DNA of 63,378 bases, counting the filler, from Octopus bimaculoides (lineage: Eukaryota), in NCBI RefSeq assembly GCF_001194135.2. It is 7 parts of 6 records of this genome, joined end to end, with 100 filler letters (N's around TTAATTAATTAA, not from the genome) between each part and the next. Parts side by side here need not be neighbours in the genome. Positions count along the whole stretch, not along the records: positions 6,721 to 30,187 come from NC_068982.1; positions 30,288 to 40,359 come from NC_068981.1; 5 more parts are not named here. One strand, written 5' to 3'. Within the stretch, counting starts at the first letter, position 1. Each line of letters begins with the position of its first letter. Shown here in pieces: positions 26,021 to 38,492 of the stretch. A program made the translations under genes and the position numbers. The notes below the pieces were generated by a model. It saw only the letters and a list, made by a program, of their open reading frames with translations. It did not search any database and was not told the DNA's origin.

Positions 26021-26619
26021 CCTCTACAACTCATCTGACACAAGATTTATGTTAACAGTTTCTCTGTCAACAAGACATCAACTTATTTAAATATCATCAG
26101 CAGTAATTTATTAATTAGCACCACTGGTAATTAACAGCTAATTGTAGTATTATTGATAATAATCATTGGTAGCTGAGTACATTTACCATTGCTCCCCACC
26201 CCTATCACAACTTAACTCCATGAGCCATCACCATGTAGCAGTGTCCCATCTCCTGGGTAACAGCATTGACGGGCCAAGGCCAGCTAGACAAGGTAAAGTC
26301 AACAAGTTTCATAGTCTTTAACTCTTAAACAGCCCAAATATTCGATTCAAGCTCAAACTGGCCAGATCTGGTCTCTTATGCCCACCCTACAAAGTCATTC
26401 TAAAAATAAACAGTCATATCATTGAAATCATGGAGCTACGAGATAATGCATGATTCCTTCAAAACAATGTGAATAAAATAAGAATAAATACATTTGACAA
26501 GAGTAATCTGAATGCTGATGAGTTGAAAGGTTTGTGTCCCCTAAACATGTGAAGAAGACTGGGTTTCCAGTGGACTCCCAGGATGGTGCAGTAGAGAACC
26601 CCACCACTCTGTCAGGGAG

Positions 26620-26812
26620 TTTCGTCTTGTTCACTTACTTGGTGATGCCACAAGTGCCAGTACCACTCAAGAAATACTTGGTACCCTCTGTAAAGTGGTT
26701 GGCATTAGGAAGGGCATCCAGCAGTAGAGACCATGCCAGAAGTGATCATGGAACCTGGTGCAGTCCTTTGGCAGAATGAAAGATGTCTGAATGATGATGA
26801 TGATGATGATGA
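26620..26812 (+). mobile_element. Family A repeat
   Basis: aagtggttggcattaggaagggcatccagcagtagagaccatgcc...(gat)n. Confidence 0.6.
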
Positions 26813-27394
26813 TATGTGGAGGAAAGTCAACCCCCCAGTGGCTGTTTCAAGAGGAGGCAAGGGACATTACCCAGCATAATGCCATTGTGAGACAGGTACT
26901 TCACAGAATGGTGAGGTACATGGTTGTTCTCTCTGAGGTACCCGCACTCATCTCAGTTCAGGAAGCAAAGAGAAAGAGAGTGAGGTTGGTACAGCCCTGC
27001 TTTACTCTAAAGAAGGGGCAAGTCAAGACTTGAACTTCTTGGAACCACAAACAAATGGTGGATCTTTAAATTGCAGAGCTCAGGGTAATCATGGACATTC
27101 GTCTGAGACATTAAAATTTTACCATTTCTTCACTTGAGACAGCACACAAAAGGTATTGTTGTATGGGTGGGTGGGGAGGGAGTCATGATTCTTTGGTTGT
27201 CCCAAACAGTTGAATCTTTCATTTTTGATTCCCTTTTAGAAATGCTGCTTGTGTCCAGAAGATGAAGTTTTGATCTTCTTCAGAAATGATGGCAGGAAAC
27301 ATCAACGTGTTCCAAATGCTAACAAGGGGAAGGGTGACTATTGGGTCAGCCCTGATCCCAATAAATCAATGAATGGAATGAATGCTGTTGGTGT

Positions 27395-27730
27395 CTGAAA
27401 CACTTCTGTCAAAGGTTTCTCCATATCAACAAAAAGTAGAATGTTCTTCTATTTTTGGTTAGATATTTCTCCTGGAGTTGCCTAACTAGGAATACAGCAT
27501 TAGTTGTGCTCCTGCCTGACACAAATCTGAACTACATCTCATCTATGCTAATTCTCTCCCTAATTAATTGAGCTATGACCCTTTCTGTGACTTTCATCAC
27601 CTGGCCCTGTAGTTTGATGAATCTGTAATTATTCCTGTCTAAGGTATCACCTTTACCTTTGTAGCAGTTGACTATGGTGCGGCCACCCCAATCACATAGT
27701 ATGACTCCCTCATGGACAACCTGATTAACA
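27395..27730 (-). mobile_element. RTE-clade LINE reverse transcriptase fragment
   Basis: EGVILCDWGGRTIVNCYKGKGDTLDRNNYRFIKLQGQVMKVTERVIAQLIRERISIDEM*FRFVSGRSTTNAVFLVRQLQEKYL..VDMEK matches the N-terminal RT motifs. Confidence 0.85.
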
Positions 27731-27951
27731 ATATGAAATAAATAAATAAATGGGGATTTCTGGTTAAGGTAGGGGGCCATGAATTTTAAGTGCAGAGGGA
27801 GCTGCAGAATTACATCAACCCCCAGCAGTTTACTGATATCTTATTTTATCGACCCTGGTGTTGATAAAATACAAGTTAATCTCAGCAGGATTTGAACTCA
27901 GAACATAAAGAGCCTGCCTGCACAGATATTTCAAATAGGCATGAGTGCATG

Positions 27952-28272
27952 GCCCCTTGGACAAGTGTCTTCTACTATGACCTCGCGCTAACCAATGCCT
28001 TGTGAGTGGATTTGGTAGACAGAAACTGAAAGAAGCCTATTGTGTGTGTGCGTGCGTGTATGTGTGTGTCTTTTTGTCTGTGTTTGCCCTCCCCCCACTG
28101 CCACTTGATAACTGGTGTTGGTTTGTTTACATCCTTGTAACTTAGCAGTTCAGCAAAATAGATCAATAGAATAAGTACCAGGCTTGAAAAAAGAAAAATA
28201 AGTCCTGGGGCCAATTCCTCAAGGCAGTGCCCCAGCATGGCCGCAGTCTAATGACCGAAACAAGTAAAAAAT
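27952..28272 (+). mobile_element. SINE family C, 5'-truncated
   Basis: ccttggacaagtgtcttctactat...gcatggccgcagtctaatgaccgaaacaagtaaaa. Confidence 0.7.
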
Positions 28273-29959
28273 AAACGACAAAAGATAAACCATTTTGACC
28301 GATGCTGAAGCACTTCTACCAACCAATCCAGCTCCCTCGTCATAACAACAACCCCACCCCCACCCCATCCTTTCGTCGTCATCGTTTGGTACTTAAAGTA
28401 TTTAAAAATGTCTTGATTCCACTTGAGATATTTTCTCACAAAAACTTACAACCATGACTCACCAATATTATTCTGCTGCCTTTTATTTTGCTTTGTTTGT
28501 TTGTTTTTCTTTCTGTTACTCAAAGAAAAGTCATCTTCTCTCTGCATGACACATTCTCTAATTTTAGTCGCCACAACAAACTCCACCCCACTCGGAATTT
28601 AAAAGATGTTTACACCAGAAAACAACTTCTTTTCTGACTAACTCTCCAAAATATGGAATGTAACATTCTGAGTAGATTCAATGCAAGCCATGAAATAGCT
28701 GAGTGACATGTATAAGCAGAGCTGTAGACATTACGGTAGCCATAGAAATCAGTAATGTTCAGTGAAAATAGAATACCAACCCCACTACTCCCTCTTACCT
28801 AGGAAAAGGGTCAATTGTTTGTGATTAAATAATATAAATTTCAATGGAATGGTCGGTTGTGACACTTGTAATGTCTTCAGAGTTTAGTCTAAAATGGGAT
28901 TTCATTCTACAATGTCTAACATCTGAAAGAAAATGGCCGGATGTCATTGACTGCAGTGTGGCCCACGTGTAGCTGAAGGAAGGAAGATCTGGAGAGAATG
29001 GTGAGATGTTTCATGTTTGGATTTGAAAATACTTTGATGTGATTGATTCTGATGATCCTCTCTCAAAGACACCCATTTCCTTTCCTTTCTGGATTAGGGA
29101 TTCACTATAGTTTCTGCTTTATTGTGACTTCCCCTCTGACCCCAACACACACATGCACCAAAACACACACCAATACACACACACAAAGCAACTCACACAC
29201 ACATCTGCACAAACACACACACACACACAATCCACACACCAACATACACACAATTTTTATCTAGTTCAAGCCATGTATTATTGTTAAACTTGAGTTCTGA
29301 ATGTGACTCTATCTTCAGCAAGTGGCACCATTTCACTATTGTTTGAAGTGTTGCTGTTGTTTGAAGAGAAAGTCACATGCAGAAATTCCCAGTTAATGCC
29401 AGACCCACAACTTCAGTCAAAGACAAGAATTCTACACTGCCATGACACGGCACCCATCTCTCTTCCATTCTCTGTTACAATCAAAGACCAACAGACAATT
29501 CTACAAGACAAAAGATGGCAGCAGAATAAGACATTAATGAGATTGCTAGAAAATTACAACAGCTCGCTAACATAATGAGTTGTCTCCATTGTAATTATCT
29601 AATATTGTTCTGAACGATTCCTTTTGTTTCTCACACCAAATTAAGTTTGATTCATTCTCACCAAATATTTTGGTGGTGGTGGTGGTTGGTGTATTTGGAA
29701 TGGAATCGGTAAAGATAGAAGTCAATAACAATGATTTAACATATGATGTATCAAAATGTGGTTAAGTAAATAAAGTGGGGGGAGGGCAGCAGCTTAATGC
29801 TAACCAGACTGTCGACCCTGTTCACAGGGGGTTATTGGTGGTGATGATGATAAGAATAATGATGGTGATGATGATGATGAAGAGGAATTTTTTCAAGCTG
29901 AAGCACCATCTCAGAAACTAAGGAGAATGGGATCGCAATCAATTAGAACAACTCCAGTA

Positions 29960-30187
29960 TCATCATCATCGTTTAACGTCCGCTTTCCATGCTAGCATGG
30001 GTTGGACGATTTGACTGAGGACTGGTGAAACCGGATGGCAACACCAGGCTCCAGTCTGATTTGGCAGAGTTTCTACAGCTGGATGCCCTTCCTAACGCCA
30101 ACCACTCAGAGAGTGTAGTGGGTGCTTTTACGTGTCACCCGCACGAAAACGGCCACGCTCGAAATGGTGTCTTTTATGTGCCACCCG
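29960..30187 (-). mobile_element. Family A repeat, near-consensus
   Basis: Reverse complement of the 18096-18273 type; it runs into a gap. Confidence 0.75.
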
Positions 30188-30611
30188 NNNNNNNNNNNNN
30201 NNNNNNNNNNNNNNNNNNNNNNNNNNNNNNNTTAATTAATTAANNNNNNNNNNNNNNNNNNNNNNNNNNNNNNNNNNNNNNNNNNNNTGAGAAAAATGAT
30301 ATATATTATCTAAGGAATTCTACTATAAAAATTATCTGTTTCGACATTGTTTAGAATATTCTGCTCGAGCTAAGTGATATAAATAAGAAATTCAAGTATA
30401 ATATATATATATGTATATGTGTGTGTGTATATGTTTGTGTGTCTGTGTTTGTTCCCCTACCATCGCTTGACAACTGATATTGGTGTGTTTATGTCCCCGT
30501 AACTTAGTGGTTAGGCAAAGGAGACGATAAAATAAGCACCAGGCTTACAAAAAACACGTTCTGGAGTCGATTTGTTCGACTAAAGGCAGTGCTCCAGCTT
30601 ATATATATATA

Positions 30612-30820
30612 GTGGGAATTTACAAACAAAAACCCCCAAAACAAAAGACGAAAACAGGTGGTGTAGACAACAAACAGAAGTATTAGTTTAACGCTCGGGA
30701 ATGTGAAAGTCTTTTACGTTTCGAGCCTACGCTCTTCGATAGAAAGGAACACAGAAATAAACAGGGAGAGAAAATAGAAAAAGGTTTAATGACTAGCGAT
30801 CTAACATGGCGAATGCCGGA
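30612..30820 (-). mobile_element. Penelope-like 3'-end repeat, copy 1 (degenerate hammerhead-like fold)
   Basis: Same ~190-bp repeat as at 42278 and 48266. The minus strand contains CUAUCGA-A-GAGC-GUAG-GCUC-GAAAC-GUA. It abuts (TA)n. Confidence 0.55.
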
Positions 30821-30987
30821 CGGAGGGGTCACACAGGAGAGCTAGGAAAAAGGGAGATAATAAAGTAATGGTGATACCAAAACAAATGTGCGCATGCGTG
30901 CGTATGTGAGATCGTGTATGTGCGTGTGGAAGGAGGTTGGTGACATTGACGTGTGCGTGTGTGCATGTGTAGGTGTGTGATATATAT

Positions 30988-31020
<33 letters not shown>

Positions 31021-31269
31021 NNNNNNNNNNNNNNNNNNNNNNNNNNNNNNNNNNNNNNNNNNNNNNNNNNNNNNNNNNNNNNNNNNNNNNNNNNNNNNNN
31101 NNNNNNNNNNNNNNNNNNNNNNNNNNNNNNNNNNNNNNNNAGATTAAGCGGAGATTGAAACCATGTCTCTCTATCGAGTGCCTGAATTTCATCTTCCAAT
31201 CAAGAGGCCTCAGGTTCTGACGTAACACTTTAGATTTCTGATTAATATTCTATATGCAGTTACATTGGT

Positions 31270-31656
31270 TTCATAATGTGGAACAGGGCCAGCATTTTCA
31301 GGTGATGTGCTAAGGCGTTAGATTACATTGACCCAGTACTAAACTGGTACTTATTTTATCGACCCTGGAAAGATGAAAGACAAAGTCGTCCTCGGGGAAT
31401 TTGAACTCATAACGTAAAGACGTACGAAATACCGCTAAGTATTCTTTTCTACTCTAGGTACAAGGCTTGAAATTTTGGGGGAGGGGCCAGTCGATTAGCT
31501 CGAAACCAGTACGCAACTGGTACTTAATTTGTCGACCCCGAAAAGATGAAAGGCAAAGTCGACCTCGGCGGAATTTGAACTCAGAACGTAAAGACAGACG
31601 AAATACCGCTAAGCATTTCGCCATGCGTGCTAACGCTCCTGCCAGCTCGCCGCCTT
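31270..31656 (-). mobile_element. Two tandem SINE family B copies
   Basis: 31270-31445 and 31445-31656 both contain actggtactta.ttt.tcgaccc..aaagatgaaag.caaagtcg.cctcgg..gaatttgaactca.aacgtaaagac. Confidence 0.75.
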
Positions 31657-33112
31657 AATGCCGCAAAGTATTATGTCTGGAGTGTTAAAGATTCTGGCTG
31701 TTTTCTGCCTTAATATGAAATGATATTAAAATCACGTTGATGACCTGGTCTTTAAATTCGCTAGTTCGCATTTTTGGCAGTAACATCTGTTAATTCGACC
31801 AGTTAAAGTGATTAATTCCATAAATAAAATAAGTACAATGAATGACAAATAACAGTAACCTCACTGAACGAACAAATGAATTGCAAAGACAAATGCGAGC
31901 GCTTGCTGGCCATACTTTTTTAAATGATATTATTGTTATTGCAAGTGAAGTAAACAGTCATTAGATGGAAATGGAAACTAGACAAGCAGTCTCAAGTCTT
32001 TCGCTGTGTTCTTAACTCCCGCACATCTAAACTAATCATATTACGAAATGATTAATACGTGTTTGTGTATAAATATTAAAGTGTCTGTCATGGTGTAGAG
32101 GAGTGTCAACAAGAAATTCAGACGCCACTCAATTCGAATTTCGAAGAAACATTTAATATATTAACCATGAACACATCAATTCTTACAAATGATGATAAAT
32201 AACTGCAATAGTCTGCCAAAATCTGATGAGGAATGCTATAAGATTGAAAGTTTTTCAGAATTACTTAGATATATTATGGCAAAGATATCAATATTAGATA
32301 TCGTTAATGTCAACTTTTAAACCGCATTATTCGAATTACATACACCATTATGTCTGAAAGAACAGTTTTGCAATATCAAGCTTATCCACACATATAAATT
32401 CAATAGTTGTTTCCTCCCAATCTCTGTTCACTTCATCATATTCTATAGCAATATTAATCATTTCTTAGCAAGTTCATCGTTATAATTATTCTAAATTTGA
32501 GAAGATATATTATCGCTCAAGTGCAGGGGTATCGACTATACCCAATCTCCATATTCGAAGACTTGTCTTTCAGTTAGAAAACAAATATTAAACACTACAG
32601 TACGTTTCGATTTCGAATTCCGTCAATATCAACTAAAGGATTTAACCTCCTGGGGTCAATAAAAGAAGTAACAACAATGAAGACGAGACATTTGGAATCG
32701 ATTTTACATTCATATGAATATTTAACGCTTATACATATGCCAGAGATCAATTAAAACACTTGCATATTTTAACTTCTGCTAAAACGTTTAGGAAGGTTTC
32801 ACCTCTACTGAACCGAATACTCCAATACATTTACATTTAAACCACTCTGCTACTTTGCTTTTTCTAACTATTTACTGACGTTTAACTCTTAACATCGTCA
32901 ATTGATGCTTCATTAAAGAATAGCGGATGCCATCAATCGTTGTTTCAAACATTTTACAAGTATACGGCCTTTATCAATTGATACCCGAGTGACTACTTTG
33001 AAAAATGTATCTATGCGCAAACGTCCCATATCGATGGGACAAATCAAGTGACACAATGAAGATTTATACAGCGAGGAAGACTTTTTCTGACTTACTTCAT
33101 CGTCAGATGAGA

Positions 33113-33497
33113 TTGTTGTTGTTGGCACTCCGTCGCTTACGACGTCGAGGGTTCCAGTTGATCCAATCAACAGAACAGCCTGCTCGTGAAATTAACGTGC
33201 AAGTGGCTGAGCACTCCACAGACACGTGTACCCTTAACGTAGTCCCCGGGGATATTCAGCGTGACACAGTGACAAGGCTGACCCTTTGAATTACAGGCAC
33301 AACAGAAACAGGAAGTAAGAGTGAGAGAAAGTTGTGGTGGAAGAGTACAGCAGGGTTCGCCACCATCCCCTGCCGGAGCCTCGTGGCACTTTAGGTGTTT
33401 TCGCTCAATAAACACTCACAACGCCCGGTCTGGGAATCGAAACCGCGATACTATGACCGCGAGTCCGCTGCCCTAACCACTGGGCCATTGCGCCTCT
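33113..33497 (-). mobile_element. SINE family E (tRNA head)
   Basis: Minus-strand head ggcgcaatggcccagtggttagggc...gcggtttcgattccc contains A and B boxes. The body is unique and CpG-rich and ends in a (caa)n tail. Confidence 0.7.
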
Positions 33498-35329
33498 ACC
33501 TCAGATAAGATAGATCATGATGATGATGTCCTGGATAACACAGAACAACACGATGCTTTAATTAGCTTTGGATGGAAAAATGGATTCCGATTTCTTTTTA
33601 CATTTCTTCTTTTATTTGACAACAATAATCTCCAATGAATTTTATGCTCACGCGGGATGCAAATGAACTTGCATATTTTTATGGCATTTTTCGATAACGA
33701 GATAGTAAATTTTATTATGCGTGAGATTCACAATTATTTTAGGTTTTACGTTTATTTATAGTGAAAATATTTAAAATAAAATTACCCTTAAGTTTTTTAA
33801 GACGTTTTGTCTGTTTATCACACATACATAAAACCATTTCCCGTTCAAGAGTTAATTGAAATTATTCCTAACCTTTACAAATCCTAAAGTTCATATAGAT
33901 TATGGCACACTGCATATTTGGCTGAGGCAGATAGATAGATAGATAGGGAGAAAGAGAGAGGGGTGTGTGTGGAAGAAGGGTTAGCATGAATCAGCTTGTC
34001 AAATTGAACGAAAATAATGGAAAGAGAAAGTTGAGAGAACAAGAGACATACGGTAGGAGAGGGGTGTATGAGTGAATGAGAGAACGAGGGAGGGAGAACG
34101 TTAGGTTTGGGTGAGAAGACTACTTCACGAACTATAATGGATATATATTTTCGATAGCAGTATTAAAGGAATGATTGTGTGATTAAGTAAATTTAGTGTT
34201 TGGGTTGGGGCATTGAAATAGAAAACTTTCTGCATAAGTTACTATTAACTGAAAAGAACACCGAGTGAAAGAGATTCTAATTTAGTAGCAGTCATGGCAG
34301 TGTTGTATATATATAAACGCTTAGTGTTGATTATCAGCAAAAAGGATACTCAGTACCATAAGAGAGATTAATAATATATTTCTATAGCGGTCGAATCAGT
34401 CCCTTGCTACTCTGAGTTTCAAATTTGGGTGCAAGGGATCTTGAGGGAAATCTGAAAACTGATGGAATTTGCACACCTGTATACAGGTTACTTGTCATAA
34501 GTTGTAGTGGAGAAGAAAAAAAAAAATCGATAAATGGGGAAAAGTACAAAAAAGAAAGCAGTAAAGAAAGAAACGTAAAATGAAGAAAGGAAAAGATTAC
34601 AAAGAAGTAGAAGAAAGATAAAAAGAAAAGAAAAGGATGGAAGAGGAAGTAAAAAAAAGCAAGAGGAAGGGGAAGCGAAAGGAGTGCTTTGATAAGGGGT
34701 GATGAAGTAGGGTTGGTAGGTATTAGAAATTTCAAAGAACGCAATGGAGAAATTTAATAGGAAGAATTACAGATTAACAGATGAATGAACTTTGAAATCT
34801 GAGATGTTTCAACTAGAAATAGTGAAAAGAATAAATCAGCAAATGTGACATTATAGTTAAAAGTGAATAGAAAGAATTTCAGCCGCTGGGTTGTTGATTT
34901 AGAATTTAGATAAATGATCAAAGATGAATTGGTAATCATTGTAATAATAGTGAGTAAACAAAATTTAGGATAATGCAATATATATAAGAAATTATTGAGA
35001 TTCAGTTGAATTAGGTACTTAATTTGAAGCACCAAGTCAGTCCGGTTTTATTCTTAACTACAATAGCGACATGAATTTATTCCATCTTGCTCTGTTAAAG
35101 TATTTAAGTAAAATTATATTAATGTGTCAAACTGGTTAACATTCTATTTATGTGTGCAGCTGATGACAGCACTGCATTGATGATAATTCCATTGTTCAAT
35201 TAAATGGAGCCACTTGAAACGGTAGTACTGCATCACTTCTTGATATCCTGTTGCTTATTTTAATATATAGAATGCATTAAAATATATATAAATAACACTG
35301 AAATGAATTTATTGAAAAAATATGTATTT

Positions 35330-35529
35330 CTTTATTGCCCACAGGGGGCTAAACATAGAAGGGACAAACAAGGACAGACAAAAGGATTAAGTTGATTACA
35401 CCGATCCTCAGTGCATAACTGGTATTTATTTAATCGATCTCGAAAGGATGAACGGCAAAGTCAACCTCAGCGGAATTTGGACTCAGAACGAAATACCGCT
35501 AAGCATTTCGCCCTGCCAGATCGCCGCCC
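35330..35529 (-). mobile_element. SINE family B with alternative tail
   Basis: Family B core followed by the tail aatccttttgtctgtccttgtttgtccc...agccccctgtgggcaataaagaaa. Confidence 0.7.
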
Positions 35530-35538
35530 TATTGGAAA

Positions 35539-35923
35539 AATATTGGGTGCTAGTATAGTATGCGGTTTACTACAGTGTCAAACAGTATAGCCAGAGTTAT
35601 CTACCTTATCTTCCAGATATTTCAGGGATAAAACACTTCGTAGATTATAAAAGAATTACACAAATAAGGAAAATTGAATCTTATATTATTGTATATGATA
35701 AAGAAATTACACAGATAAATCAAGACAATCCATTTTAACGATAAACACTTCTTATGTCATGAATGAACGATACAAATGAATCATCTAAGTCTTACCTCAT
35801 TATCTTCCAGCAGAAATGGAAAGTGGAAAAGTGAGGTGATAACGAGTAGGGTTTAAGGTAGATAACCCTGGCTATACTGTTCGACACCGTGGTAGTTCGC
35901 ATACTATACTAGCACTAAATATT
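35539..35923. mobile_element. MITE with 70-bp terminal inverted repeats
   Basis: 35539-35608 matches the reverse complement of 35854-35923 (aatatt..gtgctagtatagtatgcg...acagtatagccag.gttatctacctta). GGAAA flanks both ends, extendable to TATTGGAAA if the boundaries are shifted. Confidence 0.7.
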
Positions 35924-36072
35924 GGAAATTATTGAGAAAGTGACAATTAAAATCAAAACGAAAGAAACCATAGCAATAGGTTACCGACTTTGATGTATGG
36001 TTGATAGTTAAAAAAGTAACAATTCAAATGGGAGTCACAAATTAAGACAAATGGAATAAAATCAAAAGAATA

Positions 36073-36287
36073 CAGTAATCCCTCGACTATCGCGATAAGT
36101 GAAAATCCGCGAAGTAGAAATACTGCTGTACATATTTTTATTACCTTTACCTTTATAATTTGTATATATATATGTTTTTTTTATTATAAATGCAAAACAA
36201 CACCACGGAGGAATCTACGTAGGCTTAAAAATTAAATCGCGATAGGAGAAGCGCAATAGGTGAACTGTGATAAGCGAGGGATTACTG
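36073..36287. mobile_element. Tigger/pogo-like MITE
   Basis: TIRs CAGTAATCCCTCGACTATC and (reverse complement) CAGTAATCCCTCGCTTATC, with TA on both sides. Confidence 0.8.
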
Positions 36288-36811
36288 TACTTTTAAAAAA
36301 TAAATATAATGGTCATGTAGAAAAATGCAAATATTGGTGAAGATTTAGAGGTAAATAAAACGATAAAAATATATCGCAATTATTGGTTTCACATATTGAT
36401 ATAAGGCCAGCAATTGCGGGGGGGGGGGCTTAGATCAACCCCAGCGCTCAACTAGTTTCATTGACCCCCAAAAGCAAATACCCCGGCATGATAACGTTTC
36501 TGCCAGCTCGCTGCCTTATATATGGGAAATATTGGAAAAAAAAATACTTGAATTCTTTGACCGTTCTAATAGTCACCCACCATACTTTATTCCCCTTGTC
36601 AAAACCCATCTCTCAATTACCCGTCTTTATAGTCCCTTATTACTTCACCTTCCTTTTCGATTTTCTTTCTTTGGCTTACTTTTCTTCTTTCCCTACCTTT
36701 TGACTTAAGCCTATCTTATTCGTCCTTACAATATTTTGTCTCCACCACCAGAGCCTACGACAGGAAACTTATATATAGTTGTACAAATTCCACAATTCAC
36801 AAACAACTTAC

Positions 36812-38377
36812 CTCAATAAGACTCTGTGCATCTAGAAGGGAAATTCAGCGTAACAGAAGATTGCCTCGAACAACTCTCTGAAGAAGCTAAGGCGATTTTT
36901 GCCAGTGCAGAAACCGGTACACGTGAGTCCAAATACTGAAATGTACGTTAGGAGATTTTATTAACATGATCTGCTTTCGGTTGATTTTTTTTGCTATCAT
37001 CAGATTCTTTCACGTGTCGTTTAAGTGTTTTCACCAGAAATGGATCCTTAAATTCCGAAATGAGGTTAATAGCTGAAAAAGTGCCACTTGAATCTGGGAC
37101 ACTGGGAAAATATGCTTGATTAAACGGAGTTTAAAATTTGCCATCAAACTTTGCATCTATGATCTCTACTTCAATATATTTCTGCCATAATCATCTGAGG
37201 CTTGGACCCTGTATCGACGCCATGTTTATGACTTGGTAGATTTCACCAGAAGTGCGTAAGCGTATACTATAAACCAGTTAGAAATTCTTTACATCTGAAA
37301 CAGAAGTTATACGAAATATTAGCAATCTCATTTTGGAAGATCGCGTAATGTACATAGTGAATGGGACGGTGATGTTATCCCCGTGGATAGTTTTAGGCTT
37401 CCAAAACGATTAATTTATGAGGATGTAATTTCAGGAAAGCGGTCCGAGTACAATTTCAAATAGGGAATTTAAGACCTCACAAAAGGCATTTGCAGGTGCT
37501 TCAACATCACCATTGCTTATTTAGAGCTTATACAAAACAGAAGATAATCGTATTCTATGACAAGGAACAATGACCTCCAGTTTGAGATCATTAGAAATAT
37601 TCATCAAACTTTGAAACATAACGTATGAAATATCACGACGTTTCGTCTGTGAATGGTAGAATTCCAAGATAGGATGGAATTTTGCGGTCTGTAGCTGCTT
37701 TCCATTTTCAAATGCCAGACATGTTACCCATGAAACATTGCAAATGAAAAGAACAGCGTATGATGCCTATATGCATAAACCTCCAAGCACATTACCAGAG
37801 AACTGTTGATCATTATGTCCAAAGTTGCGCTGACGGCTAAGCAACCATTTTGGACGTATGCACACGTAAAACTATTCTTGGTTGGATTTTTGGTTAACAT
37901 TTGGAACAGACAATACACTTAAACAGATATGTTCTATAACTTCGGAGACATTCATGCAGTGGCCTCAAATAATATCAGAGATTTTTAAGTGCAAATTCGA
38001 CTTATCAAAAACTAAATTCGATATAATCTGCAGGCGGTGAGCATCCATAATTTTGACCAGTCATCAGACATTTTTCATCAAAAGATTACGATATCAATCA
38101 CAATATATATAACTGACACACCAAGCCTTGATCATTGGGATTGTTCCCAACTCCACTACATCTTTGTTTTTCAAAGCGGCCTTGGCTTTGAAGAGGATAT
38201 ATTATTTATGCAATGTTGAAAATAGTCAATAAGCGTGGTTTAGAGGGCGCTCGCATCAAGTTCACAAACCATCGAAGGCATCCTAAGTCCCTTTGATAAT
38301 CGAGTTCGCTCTCACATAACATGAGATAGAATATTGTTCCTTTTATATCAAACAGTCTTGCTGTATTCAGCATTATA
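36812..38377 (-). pseudogene. Decayed ~1.5 kb reading frame of unknown protein family
   Basis: One minus-strand frame runs ~458 codons (38190-36815) with 13 internal stops and no evident frameshift. It is preceded by an ORF segment offset by one base. It is bounded by a strong acceptor (ttttttctcctcttcgatttatttcag, AG at 38379-38378) and a strong donor (GAG|gtaagt at 36812/36811). Confidence 0.45.
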
Positions 38378-38492
38378 CTGAAATAAATCGAAGAGGAGAA
38401 AAAACGTCTTAACACTACCTGCACAAATTCCTCTCCAGAATACCATAAAAATACAATACAGAATACCATACAAATACCATACAATACATTTG

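Noticed and set aside
28790-28810. ccttttcctag|gtaaga as a recursive splice site on the gene strand
   Set aside because: About one such motif is expected by chance in 30 kb, and there is no independent support.
33085-33112. Strong donor GAA|gtaagt next to the family E SINE as the end of a 5' UTR exon
   Set aside because: It is plausible given the CpG step, but no promoter or exon start can be supported from sequence alone.
36836-36922. Apparent plus-strand exon GKFSVTEDCLEQLSEEAKAIFASAETGT with ag/gtgagt ends
   Set aside because: This frame shares wobble positions with the longer minus-strand decayed frame and reads like its antisense shadow. No partner exons were found.
37360-37400. IHGDNI as motif C of a mononegaviral RdRp
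   Set aside because: Motifs A, B and D are not present at the expected spacing.
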